From: Sphaerodactylus townsendi
Lineage: Eukaryota
Reading direction: 5' to 3'
Assembly: GCF_021028975.2 (NCBI RefSeq)
Contig: NC_059425.1
Location: 25,978,001-26,042,000 of the forward strand
Length of the DNA: 64,000 bases
Of this stretch, positions 13,911 through 24,749 are shown one piece after another; the stretch's first letter is position 1; each line of letters opens with the position of its first letter. Below the pieces are notes generated by a model. The model did not search any database, had not been told where the DNA came from, and saw only the letters and a program-made list of their open reading frames with translations. Both the position numbers and the translations under genes were made by a program.

Positions 13911-15206
13911 ACAGTTAGAGGGATGGTGAAAGGGGGAACAATGGCCATTGGCTCCTTTCTGGAGAGGATGTAACACACCCTTTACCTCCATCTGTTCCGG
14001 GATGGGGCCCTTTCAGAGGTATCTCTTGTCCCAAGACAAGTAGGATGCCATCCTTTGCTGTGGTGGATGAAATTCCTTCCTGCTAGGAAGTTGTCACTGG
14101 AGAAGTCCATTTCTGAACTAGGCAAGTTCCTTCCCAGGTTTGGAAGGCCCTTTGACAGGGAGGCCGATGTTCTGAGTAGCCCAGTCAAGCATATCACTCC
14201 ATGAATCAGCTCTCTGTATCTGCCTACAGTCCATGGAGGTGTTTGAGGCTGAGTTAGTAGCCCACAAAAAATGTGTGTAAACAGGAACATATACAGCCAT
14301 CCCACTGAGTCACTTCGTTGGTTCATCCAGCCCTGTCTTGTCCCCTCTGACTGGCAGTCACTCAAATAGAAGGTTTGCCTGGTATAGACTCTTTTGACTG
14401 AACAGGCTAGGACTTAAACCTGGGCCTTGTGCATGCAAAGAATGCACTATACCAACTTCAAACATCTCTTTGATTACCCCTTGAAAAATTCTATCCCAGA
14501 AGCCTTCTAATTCCAGATGTAGAAGCAGATGAGCTGTGAGTCCTGGTGAATGGAAGGATAAACGGCTGTTGCCACCCTTCCTATTGCTGCATTATCCAGT
14601 GAACATTAAGGCTGAGTTCCAGGTCAGGTGAAGCCCCCTCCCCCCATCTTCTGTGTCATGGGACACAGCTTAGCAGGATCAGTTCCAGCTTTCAGTGGGC
14701 CCTGAGTGGAGAATAGCTGTGCCCCCCTCAGCTGCTTGGCATTGTGCCCTCCCTGCCCGCAGTCATCTCCCCCACTGCCTTAGCCATCCATTTCCCTACC
14801 CACTTGGTCATTTTCCAGTGCTCCTAATGTTCTCATAGGTGGTGGGAGGACTCTTTAACAAGCAGCTGGGCAGTTAAGTAATCTGGGAAGGGTGGCAGTG
14901 GGTCCCACTGGAAGACATGAGCCTTGGCGGCTACCTCACCTCAGGCTATGCTGATGGTGGCCCTGCAGTGTAGACCTTCGCTTAAGGCAAAGTCTCCTTT
15001 TTGTTGTCTCTCATCCCTCTTTTGCAGTACTTCATTGCAATGATGCATTGTGGCATTGGTACCTTAGCTGCTTTGAACCGCTCTGGTTTCTGTTCCATCT
15101 CTGCTAAACTAGGAGGGCCCCTTCCTGTTGATGGGTGGACAGATCTATTGCTTTACCCTTTTTTTCCACTGCTGTATGGTTTCCTTTTGATGAACACATA
15201 GGTGTG

Positions 15207-15212
15207 AATAAA
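15207..15212 (+). terminator. Candidate polyadenylation signal of BBS1
   Basis: AATAAA about 1.3 kb after the BBS1 stop; an alternative ATTAAA lies at 15541. Confidence 0.5.
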
Positions 15213-15490
15213 TAAGTGTTATCCCCACTCACAGTTTTAACCACTCTTCATGAGCAGGTGTTAACTTTCTGCCGTGCAATGTGCTGGTTTTGCAAGTATG
15301 TGGCTGATAGCTTGGGGTAGGCTGAGCAGATGGTTCTTTCTATAACCAGAAATGCTGATTCTGCTAGAGTTTTAACACACTAAACTGAACACACTGGGTT
15401 AATTCCTGGATTGTTAAGAATGGCTTTCCAAAGAATGGCTGTGATCGGTGCAGCAAAAAACGCAAAGTCCGTAACATCTGTAATACTCAT

Positions 15491-15496
15491 TTTATT
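15491..15496 (-). terminator. Candidate polyadenylation signal of the CTSW-like gene
   Basis: tttatt on + (AATAAA on -), about 170 nt past the stop codon. Confidence 0.6.
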
Positions 15497-15663
15497 TAAA
15501 AAAATTAAACCAGATTTGTGATATTATTGTGTACAATGTGATTAAAAAAATAGAATGTAGGATGTCACTTCTCAGTAACATGCCTGTTGGTTGAGAAGCT
15601 GTACCACTAGCCTGCAGAGCTGGCAACGTTCCTTCACCCCCTCTTTCTGATACAGTTGTGCAG

Positions 15664-15774
15664 TCAAGGAGGACAGGAGCCAGGCGATCTTGTCCCAGTA
15701 TTCTCAACAATAGCAGTCACTGGGTACATGGCAATGCCACAAGCGTTGGTTCCTCGATGCAGCCGAAAATACCC
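15664..15774 (-). CDS. CTSW: CTSW-like exon 11 [36 protein letters not shown]
   Basis: tctag acceptor, TGA at 15666-15664. Confidence 0.94.
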   Translation of the reverse strand, partial: GYFRLHRGTNACGIAMYPVTAIVENTGTRSPGSCPP

Positions 15775-18700
15775 CTAGATGAGAAGAGAAAACATGGACT
15801 AAAAAGCACTTAGGGAGTGCCTGGTTTGAAATTGAATTCCAGCCAATTTCCTTTGCCTTGCAAATCTTTGCTGTGCCACCAGCCCCCTTTTCAAGCCTGC
15901 TCTTTCTGAGCTCCCCCTGAAGTTTCGAAGTAGGGAGTGCTTCTCCAACATTTTGCTCAAGTCCTTCAGAAGCTGAGGGAACAGAGCCATCTTCCTGATG
16001 AAGGACTCTCCCAGCTCCCAACCCTTCTTGTGCTCTCTTTATGGATAAGTAATTGGAGGTCAACACACCTGTTCTCCCCAGGTCTTTCCCCACGAGTTCT
16101 GGATGATCCAGTATGGTCCAGACCAGGATCCCCGCCTTGATTTAACTGCATAGAAGTGTAAACAGTAAAATTAGTTTACTTTGGTAGTTCAGACCAGAGG
16201 TCCTCCTAGTCATGCCACATGTCTCCAGAAAGCTCCCACTGACAGTAGCAGCATTAGAGGTAATCTGCTTTTGAGCCCTGGCAATCCTTTAACTACCTTG
16301 GACTAATTATTAATTTTACCCAATCTGTGCGTACATCACTGAAATCTCAGCACAGCGGGAACTTTGGATAAGCCATGCTGTAGAACAGGAGCAGTCACGG
16401 GAAAAAAAGCTGTCAACTTAGCAGTGGCCTACTAACCCAAACTTAGCAGACAGTAGTCATACGAACAGAGGAGACTTGTGGACTGTGACTCAGTGAAGCA
16501 ATCCAACCAGTTCATGGTGGCCCAAACTGTAGTACTCACTCCCTTGTGTGGTCTGTACTGTCTGTCAGACCTTCAGAAGTTGGTTCAAATTATTTTCTTT
16601 AACCAAGCTGTTAAGCTTAGTTTAGTCCATGGTCAATTCAATTTCTATTTAAGGCTGTATTTTCCTTCCTATTTTCTACCACTTGTTTGCTCTTTGAGGA
16701 GAGAATATTTAAGTTGGCTGTGTGGGTTTTCCAGGCTGTGTGGTTGTGGTCCGGCGGTTTTAGCTCCTAATGTTTCGCCTGCATCTGTGGCTGGCATCTT
16801 CAGCTGATTCCAGCCATGAAAGCCTTCGACAATACAATATTTATGTTCTTTATGCATGCATTTCAGTGATTTTTCTTATGATTGTAAGCCACTTTTGTCA
16901 GTGGGGGAAGGGGTGGTTCTTCCAAGACTGAGAATTGGGGCAATGAGACTTGGAATAAAAACAGGAGCTGTAAGGCACAGAGTAAAGGTCATCTAGTCTG
17001 ATATTCCATTTTCTACACTAGTCAGATAGCTGCTTCCAGAAAGTACAGAGTATCAAGGCATCAGCCTCCCCCATATTGTCCCTCCACAAATGCAATTCCG
17101 AGGTACAGTGCCACTGAACATGAAGGCTCTACTCAGCTATCATGTGTAATAGTTGTTTAGGTCTGTTTTCTTTCACTATTTTGTCTAGTCCATCTAAAAC
17201 ATACCTCCTAGAAGAATAGGTTTTTATACCCCACTTTTCTCTTCCGTAAGGAGTCCCAAAGCGGTTTACAATCACATTCCCTTCCTCTTCCCACAACAGG
17301 CACCTTGTGAGATAGGTGGGGCTGAGAGAGTTCTCAGAGAACTGTCACTGGCTCAAGGTCTCCCAGCAGGCTTCACGTGGAAGAGTTGGAAATCAAACCT
17401 GGTTCCCCAGATTAGTGTCTGTCACTCTTAACCACTACGCCATGCTGCCTCTCCTGGTTGATGAGGTCAGCCCTAAGCCATGAGAGGCTCCTGTCCTTCT
17501 TTATCCTTCCTCATTCAGTGCTAAAAGCCCTGCCTTGGGCCTTAGGCCTGTTTCTCCACAGTTGATGGCATTTGCCCTCTTTTATCATAGACCCATCAAT
17601 GAAAGCCTCACCTTCACCATAACCCACAATGAGCACGACATGGTCCAGTCGTTTGGGGCTGCATTCCTGAGAAGGTCTCCGGATAATGCCTTTTTGGTAG
17701 TGCTAGTAGATTAGAAAGAACAGAAACTGTGGGTGGGTACTTATCAGGAAGGGACAGAAGTTCTGGAGAGGCGGGCAATTTTCTGTCCTGAAGGTGGCAC
17801 AAACCAAGGAGAGGGAAATTGGGAGGGGGGGGGGGGGTTCTGTCCTCCTCCATCACACTCTTACCTGAAGTGGTTTGGTATTGAGGATAGCTGTTACAGG
17901 GCCTCTGGAAGCAACGACATGAGCTACATCTGGGGAATGACAAGGAAAAGATGTCCAGGTGAGTTCTGGGGTGTGGAGAGAGGAGACCAGGCCTTCATTC
18001 CGAGCCTTGTTCCTGCCCTAGAATGTGATCTCTGCACCCATGTCAAGACCAGTCTTGGCACATGTGAAATTATCTGAACATGTGCCCAATGGCTTTTCCC
18101 CATTCTCAAGCAGAGAAAAGTTATTTCTACCCCTTTCAATAAGATTCTTTTTAAATAGAGATGCCAGGGATTGAATGTGGGGGGCCCCTCTGCCACGGCC
18201 CCTTTCCATAGTCCTCTGAGCCCGCGTGAACCATCACCATAAGTCCTTACATTTCTCATCCCTGGGCAGGAATTCATAATCATGGATCCAGGCAACTGGT
18301 TTTCCTCGGTCCTTTCTGCATTGTTGTGGTTTTCCCACGTAGGGATAGTATTCCTGTTCTGTCAGTCCACCTGAAAAAGAAAACATGGGGTAGCAGCAGA
18401 GGTGGGATCCAGCAGAAAGGTTCGCAATGGTGTCTTGAGAGTATGTCGTCAATATTTGTGTGTGCAAAGCAGGAGAGCGTACTGACGGTGAGCCTTTGCC
18501 ACGCGATTTTTGCCTGAAGTTACGTTTTTCCCTATCAAAGCAGAAGCGCGCAGAACTTCGAAGCAGCATAGCAGGAGGTGCGCCCGGCAGCGCGGCAGCC
18601 TGCGCCTGTGTGCACTTTCGCTTTTCCTTAATCTATGTGCGAAGCGGCTGCGCTCCGTTGCCACAGCCCTCTGTAATGCGGCCCCCGGAATGCCCTCGCC

Positions 18701-21700
18701 ATGGCCCTCGAAGTTGTAGGCCCTGCCCAGCCCCATTGGCGCTATGCCACAGTTTGAATCCCACCACCATGGGAACCTGTTACTAAAATTTTTGGATCCC
18801 ACCACTGGGTAGCAGGCAGGAATACAGTGTTTTCTCTCTTCATCCCATGAGAGCTTGTATCTACAAAAGGGTTAACCCCCACACCCCACCCAAACTCTGC
18901 AATTTCACAACCAAGCAAGCATTTGAATTTGGGTCTTGGTCCCAGCCCAACATTAGTAACACACCCGTAGAGGTTAACAAAATTCAGTTTACACAAAAAC
19001 AAGTTTTGTTCTCTTGGTATATTGTTGCTGATATATTATTGCTTGATATATCGTTACAGCGGGGGCTGAGAGGGCTCTGGGATTTCAGTCACAAGCCTCT
19101 AGTTCTCAAGGGCTGGGTTTGAAGACCTTTATCAAACTGGATGTGCAGGTGGACCTAGAAGAAGTCCTGGCCTTCTCTGTTTAACAGGCCAGTCAGTTAT
19201 CAACTGTGTGGCCCAAGGCCTCCCTAATCATGGAGCAGGCTACCCCCAAGGAAGAGAGAGGCCTAGTGGGCGAGTAACTAGATTCCAGAAGAGAATGGAA
19301 GCCAATCAGTGTGAAGGATCTCTTTTCCATAAACCTGCGAGATTAGGGTTGAGGAAAAACTTCTTCCAGATCAGAATGGCTATGTGGTTGCCATGGAAGC
19401 ATAGGGGAAAGAAAGTGTCAGAGGGACATACTGTCATTAAGAACCGTCTGGAAGGCTTCCCAGGCATAACCCCCGTCGCAGCCATCTCCACATCTCACGC
19501 AATCAACAACCTCTGGAATGGGAGAAAGCAATATCAGGTTTTTTTAAAAAATCACATTTAGCCAGGGAAATATGATGTAAAAGTGCTATTCACCCTTTGC
19601 TCCTTTCTCCTCCCATCTCCTGGTTTCAGCCAGGTTGATGCTGGCTAGCCCAAAAATATTACTCTTTTTAAGATGGTTATTAGAAACTAATCGACATTGA
19701 AACAGATTGATGACAAAACAGACTTCACACGGAGTCAACATTTCAACACCTTTGAAATCTGGGTGGATTTTCAGTGTACGAAACTTTCCGTTTTCAAACT
19801 TGCAAAATTCAATCCACTTTGAAGGTTTTGTTTTGGGTTTTCTTGGGGGGGGGGGCAAGTCTCATTGTTGAAAATAAAGCTAAGGTAACAAGTTCAGGAA
19901 TCAACTTGTCAAATATAATTAGTTATTTCACTCTGTAAAACCCTCACATCCAGCAGTTATCTGTCACTTGGAATGATGTATAATTTAATCCCCCCCCCAA
20001 ATAAATAGGAGGTAGGCTAATTTGCAAATCTTTCTTTTTACAGAACCACCATATCAAGCAGAGAAATAGGCACTGTATATGTGTGTAAATGTAGCAGGGG
20101 ACAAGGAGACTGCCCTTCAGAAGCAGGAGAAATCCCTTGTGGAAATAAATTAATATCCTGAAAACACTTTTCTCGCATGCCTTCTCGTGGGGATTTGAAT
20201 AACTAATTCAGTTTGTTTTTGCAGCATACTGTGGCAATTAGTTGACTATTAATGATGCATGAAATCACAGTATACTTCTGTAATTGAGAAGTGTTGCTGG
20301 GGACTTAAAGAAGAAGAGTTGGTTTTATATTTCCCCTCTCTCTCCTGTAGGAGACTCAAAGGCTCTTACAAACTCTTTTCCCTTCCCCGCTCACAGCAAA
20401 CACCCTGTGAGGTAGGTGGGGCTGAGAGAGCTCTGAAGAACTGTGACTTGCCCAAGGTCACCCGGCTGGCATATGTTGGAGTGCACAGGCTAATCTGAAT
20501 TCCCCAGATAAGCCTCCACAGCTCAAGCGGCAGAGCAGGGAATCAAACCCAGTTCCTCCAGATTAGAGTACACCTGCTCTTAACCACTACGCCACTGCTG
20601 CTCCTGATCTGTGGAAAAGTTCTGATCTGAGAAAAAGAAAGGGACAGCCCAATCCAGATGTGGGTGGGGTGCTCCATGGCAGCTGGGGACAGCGTAGCGA
20701 AGGCAGTGCCACACTACATCCAAATGGGTTTTGGGCAGCGTGGAAAGAAAGTACAACTGAGAAACTTCCTACAGTCCGAATAATTAAATTAGGAAAAAAG
20801 GACTTACACCACACTTTCCAGTAGCATAAGTCTGCAGCTGGGGAGGGTGGCATTCCTGGGCTGAAACCGCAATGGAAACCAACTGAAGTCAGCTCCATTC
20901 CTGGAAATGCCCCCGGCCTGCCCTGCACTGCACCAGTATGTTTTTCTACGCCAATGTAGCTTCAGGGCATCGGGTCCCTCCAGCTGTCTGTGGTGCCTAC
21001 CTGCCAGCATGTTTGCTGTCTCCACCAGCATAGATGCCCCTTACGCCAGTGGAATGGGCAAACATGCCAACGCAGACCCCAGCCACTACCACCACCTGCT
21101 TCACCCCTCCCCCATCTGGGTTGGGCTGTAACTCTGTTGACCCCTCACTTCATGGCAAATTGCTGGATTCTGTATATGTTTCGAAGTGCTCGTCCTGCCT
21201 ATGATGAAGGCTAGTACACAGGCATTTGGAAACAGATTTTACAGCCTATCATATGGCATTTCCAGTGCTCAGCCCTAGTCAGACCTGCCCCAAACCCAAC
21301 ATGGTTTCTTTTGATACTAGACATACCCTGTACGGAAAGGTTAAACGGAGAATGATAATGAATATTCCACAAGGCCTCAATGTTGGACACAGCAGCAAAA
21401 GCCCAGCATGATTTGCATTTGCCCTAAGAAGGGATGGGGGGGGGGGGAGATTAAAGCACAAGGAAGTTGCAAAAGATCCATCCCAAAACTCCCCATTCCA
21501 TCCTCCACCCCAAGCCTTACCTTTCCACCCTCCCTCCACCCCAAGTCACACCTTCCCACCCTCTCCCCACCACAAACCTCATTTTTCCACCCAGCCTAAG
21601 CCACTCCTCCCCCAAGTCTCACCTTTCCACCCACCCGCACCCCAAGCCACACCTTTTTGACCCTCCACCCACCCCATGCCTCACCTTTCTACCTTCTCCC

Positions 21701-24700
21701 CACCCCAAGCCACAGACTCAGGACTAGATAGGTGGGAAGCATCCCACCGAGTAACGGGGCACTATGGACCTGGTAAACCCTATGTGAGGGTGGGGGCGGG
21801 GAATGGGCTAGGAGGGCTCATTGCATCTCCCACTGGAAATGGGCTTTGCAGCTAGTAAATAACCCTAGAATCCCCCCCCAAAACCCTAGAATCCCCCCCC
21901 AACAAGTGTCAGATGCTCTGGCATTAAAGCCATTGTCAAGGGATGATGGGTGACCCCTGTTCATTACACAGGGATACCACACTTTGGTTTACAACCCAAC
22001 CCATCACACAATAAATCCCCTTACCTGTTTTTTTACTGCCGTGATGGCTCCAAGTTTTCTCCAGTCACAGGATTTTGCATGTTTCTTAAGGGGTTTCCCT
22101 GACTGATTCAGTGTGGGGACTTGATCAGGGTAAGGAATCCCAAAGATCTTCTCAAACTCACTTTCTGTGGGATGGGGGAAGAAAAATGTTGGCGGTTCTA
22201 CTTTAGACAAAGGCAAATTTACTTTACACCTTGGGTAACATTCTCTGGATGGTGCAAGTTGGGCAGGCTTGGCCCTCTTTGGAAAAGGTTTAAACAACAA
22301 CTGGGGATAAGGCTGTGTGCTGTGGGGTTGGGGAGGAGCAGGGCTTTAATGATTTCATGACTGGCAGAAATTCAACAGGTGCAGTAATGAGTAAAACTTC
22401 ACTTTTTGTCTGTTTGCCTGTCCAGTTGCCATAGCAGCAATAACTTTTCTAACACAGCATTACCAAGGGCTCAGACGCCATTCACAGATTTTTTTTTTAA
22501 AAAAAAATTGCCTGCCATTGTTTAGAGTAAACCAGCTAGTCTCTAATCTCGGTCAGATTATGCTTCATGTCATGGGCAAGAGAAAGAATTTTTACCTCAG
22601 AATAGCCACCTGTGTGTTAGATGATCCAGCAAAGAGTTGCAATAGCAAATGGACTTGCCGCTCGGAGGATATCTAACCACAAAGGACACTGCAATGGCCA
22701 GATTGGTGAAGAGCCAAAACCCAATTTTCCCCCTCTAGTAAGAGGAAAATGTCCCACACCAGGATGGCCAGCAAAGCCAAATGCCCCTTCCATCTCCTGA
22801 TGTGTCTACTACAGGGTTTATATAAGTTATTAAACTTCAAAGTTTAATAACTGAGGCAAGAGGTATAGTAAATTAAGTATAAAAATTAGTCGGCTGCAGC
22901 ACCAGTTTTTAAGAGGCAGAAGCAAAGAACACAAAAGATCATCCTGAGTTTGATGCCACACTCCCATTAATATGATGCCCATGTTCATTTTCCTGGGGCA
23001 GGGTAACAAGAACTCCCTAATTCTGGGACTCAGCCTTGGGGTTGTTCTCTCTCTTATCTGCCACCTTTGCTAGACGTCCAACATCCAAAGCCAGAGGCTT
23101 CATTCTAAGGCCCTCTTTGGGACTGACTATTCCCTCCTCCTTACCTGCCAGGTCACTGAACAAAGTAACCCCATATTGGGCCGTGCCCAACTCCGAGGCC
23201 TGTAATTCACAGATCACTTTCAGGTTTTCCACGAAGACTTTGAAGCGATGGTCTTTTTCTGAGGTGTAAAATGACAAATTCAACAGACTGACAGGATCTT
23301 TCCCCAAGTGTTGTTTGTTCATCAAATATTTCAGATTAGATCTCTGATGAGAACCAAACCCAATGAACTTTGTTCTGAGATGTTCTGGCTCTTTTGGAGC
23401 TACATTTAAGGTTGCCAGCCTCCAGGTGGGACCTGGGGGTCCCCGGAATTACAGCTCATCCCTTGACGACAGAGATCAGTTTCCCTGACGAAAAAGGATA
23501 TTTCAGGAGGTGGACTTTATGGCATTGTATCCCAGTGAGGTCTCCTCAGGCTCCATTCCCAAATCTCCAGGAGTTTCTTCGACTGGAGCTGGCAACTCCC
23601 CACCCCCCCATTTCCCACCAGTGGCCAAGAGGTATCTGGCAACCCTCGCAACATTTAAAGGCACCAAGGGCAGATTTTGGAGCTCCTCCCATGTTCAGGG
23701 AGGGAAAGCAGAAGAAACTTGTCCACATTAAGCCTGCTAAATGACTGCGATCCAGTCCCTCAATGTCATAAAATGGGAATAACCATGAATTACTTAATGG
23801 GGATGCCTGAGAAGGTTAGCTATCAAGATCTGCCAAATCTGGGAAGTGAATGAATGCAATTGGGGTGGGGGTGGGGGTGGGGGGGCACTGGATGTGGCAA
23901 ACCAAGGATACTGCCTGTTTTTGGGCAGGCCTCCTGTGATTCAGTAGGTTCACAGCAGGCAAAAATTAACCAGGCAGAGTTCCATTTTTTGTTTGGCAAC
24001 GCTGTCCCTGTTGAATTTCTGCCTGCCAGCCCCTCCCAAGAAACAGGAGACTGGTAAGAAAAGGAAACATGAGCCATCTCCCCTCCCAACCAGAGATTCT
24101 GCTGTCAGCAATGAAGGCTGGAGTCCTTACCTTCTTGGCTCCAGTAGATTTTGTTGAACCGTGTCATGAAATCCTGGAAAATCTGGGCTGTCTGGGTCTA
24201 AGACAGAAGAGGGAGAGGAAGTTGAGCAAAGAGCTTAATTCCCCAAAGAAGCAGATCTCTTCCCCCACCCCCCGTCAACCATTGTTTATTTAAAATATTT
24301 GTAATATTTATTATCCATTGGCTACCCACCCCCTGTTCTGGCCTCATTGCCCTTATCTCTGGCTTCCTTGCAGCTGTGCCAGCTTTCCTGCTGGTTCCTG
24401 TCTTTTAACAGCCATGCAAAAGGTAGAAGTGTGGCAAAGGCTGCTTTTTCTGATATGGCTATACAGCTGCAGGGTGGGGGCTTTGCCTGTTGAATTTCTA
24501 TCCATGAAGCAACATCCAAGGAGCCCCATCAAAGAAAGAAAAGGGATCAGACAGTCTTCGCTGCAAAATCCCCCTGCCTGCCCTCTTCCACTCATCCTTG
24601 CCGTCTTCTTGGCACTCCACCTTCCCACACATCCCCTTCAGTCTCCTCACCAGGTTCAGGTCTGAGGGCAGGAAGGAATTGCCAGGATGGGGGCCAAAGT

Positions 24701-24749
24701 CCCACATGCCCCACAGCATCAGACAAGCATACAGGATGGCTGACAACAT
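15664..24749 (-). CDS. CTSW: Cathepsin W-like papain-family (C1A) cysteine protease, complete, 11 exons, 353 aa
   Basis: Exons in - strand order: 24749-24651, 24197-24131, 23258-23145, 22164-22025, 21423-21327, 19512-19432, 18370-18251, 17929-17865, 17702-17612, 16145-16069, 15774-15664 (1062 nt). Signal peptide; I29 propeptide (ERFNIQ-type and GVTLFSDL); CDWRK; catalytic [14 protein letters not shown] and QNSWG. C-terminus [14 protein letters not shown]...SCPP* resembles the CTSW-specific tail. Confidence 0.9.
16069..16145 (-). CDS. CTSW: CTSW-like exon 10 [25 protein letters not shown] (catalytic Asn)
   Basis: tgcag / gtgtgt. Confidence 0.92.
17212..17450 (-). mobile_element. Squam3-like SINE
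   Basis: Reverse-complement copy; boundaries approximate. Confidence 0.7.
17612..17702 (-). CDS. CTSW: CTSW-like exon 9 HYQKGII...[11 protein letters not shown] (catalytic His)
   Basis: actag / gtgagg. Confidence 0.93.
17865..17929 (-). CDS. CTSW: CTSW-like exon 8 [21 protein letters not shown]
   Basis: cccag / gtaaga. Confidence 0.92.
18251..18370 (-). CDS. CTSW: CTSW-like exon 7 [12 protein letters not shown]...[15 protein letters not shown]
   Basis: ttcag / gtaagg. Confidence 0.93.
18397..18807. mobile_element. hAT non-autonomous element
   Basis: TIRs CAGAGGTGGGATCC / GGATCCCACCACTG; perfect TSD ggtagcag. Confidence 0.88.
19432..19512 (-). CDS. CTSW: CTSW-like exon 6 [26 protein letters not shown]
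   Basis: tccag / gtatgt; GCxGG motif. Confidence 0.94.
20310..20603 (-). mobile_element. Squam3-like SINE
   Basis: Full-length reverse copy; boundaries approximate. Confidence 0.8.
21327..21423 (-). CDS. CTSW: CTSW-like exon 5 [19 protein letters not shown]...LSVQ (catalytic Cys)
   Basis: cttag / gtatgt. Confidence 0.94.
21480..21856 (+). mobile_element. Possible non-autonomous Helitron with a C-rich minisatellite
   Basis: Imperfect ~30-bp accccaagcc..acctttcc tandem units; 3' hairpin cccactggaaatggg followed by CTAG-T. Confidence 0.4.
22025..22164 (-). CDS. CTSW: CTSW-like exon 4 SEFEKIF...[16 protein letters not shown]
   Basis: cacag / gtaagg; start of the mature enzyme and oxyanion Gln. 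Confidence 0.93.
23145..23258 (-). CDS. CTSW: CTSW-like exon 3 [19 protein letters not shown]...GVTLFSDLA
   Basis: ctcag / gtaagg; I29 motifs. Confidence 0.92.
24131..24197 (-). CDS. CTSW: CTSW-like exon 2 [22 protein letters not shown]
   Basis: cttag / gtaagg; FxxFxxxFNKxY propeptide motif. Confidence 0.9.
24651..24749 (-). CDS. CTSW: CTSW-like exon 1 (signal peptide) [19 protein letters not shown]...DLNL
   Basis: ATG at 24749, hydrophobic N-terminus, gtgagg donor, phase 0. Confidence 0.75.

Noticed and set aside
15664-24749. Calling the protease CTSF because human CTSF lies near BBS1
   Set aside because: No N-terminal cystatin-like extension; the SCPP tail, VAWIxD and CGDGC motifs resemble CTSW.
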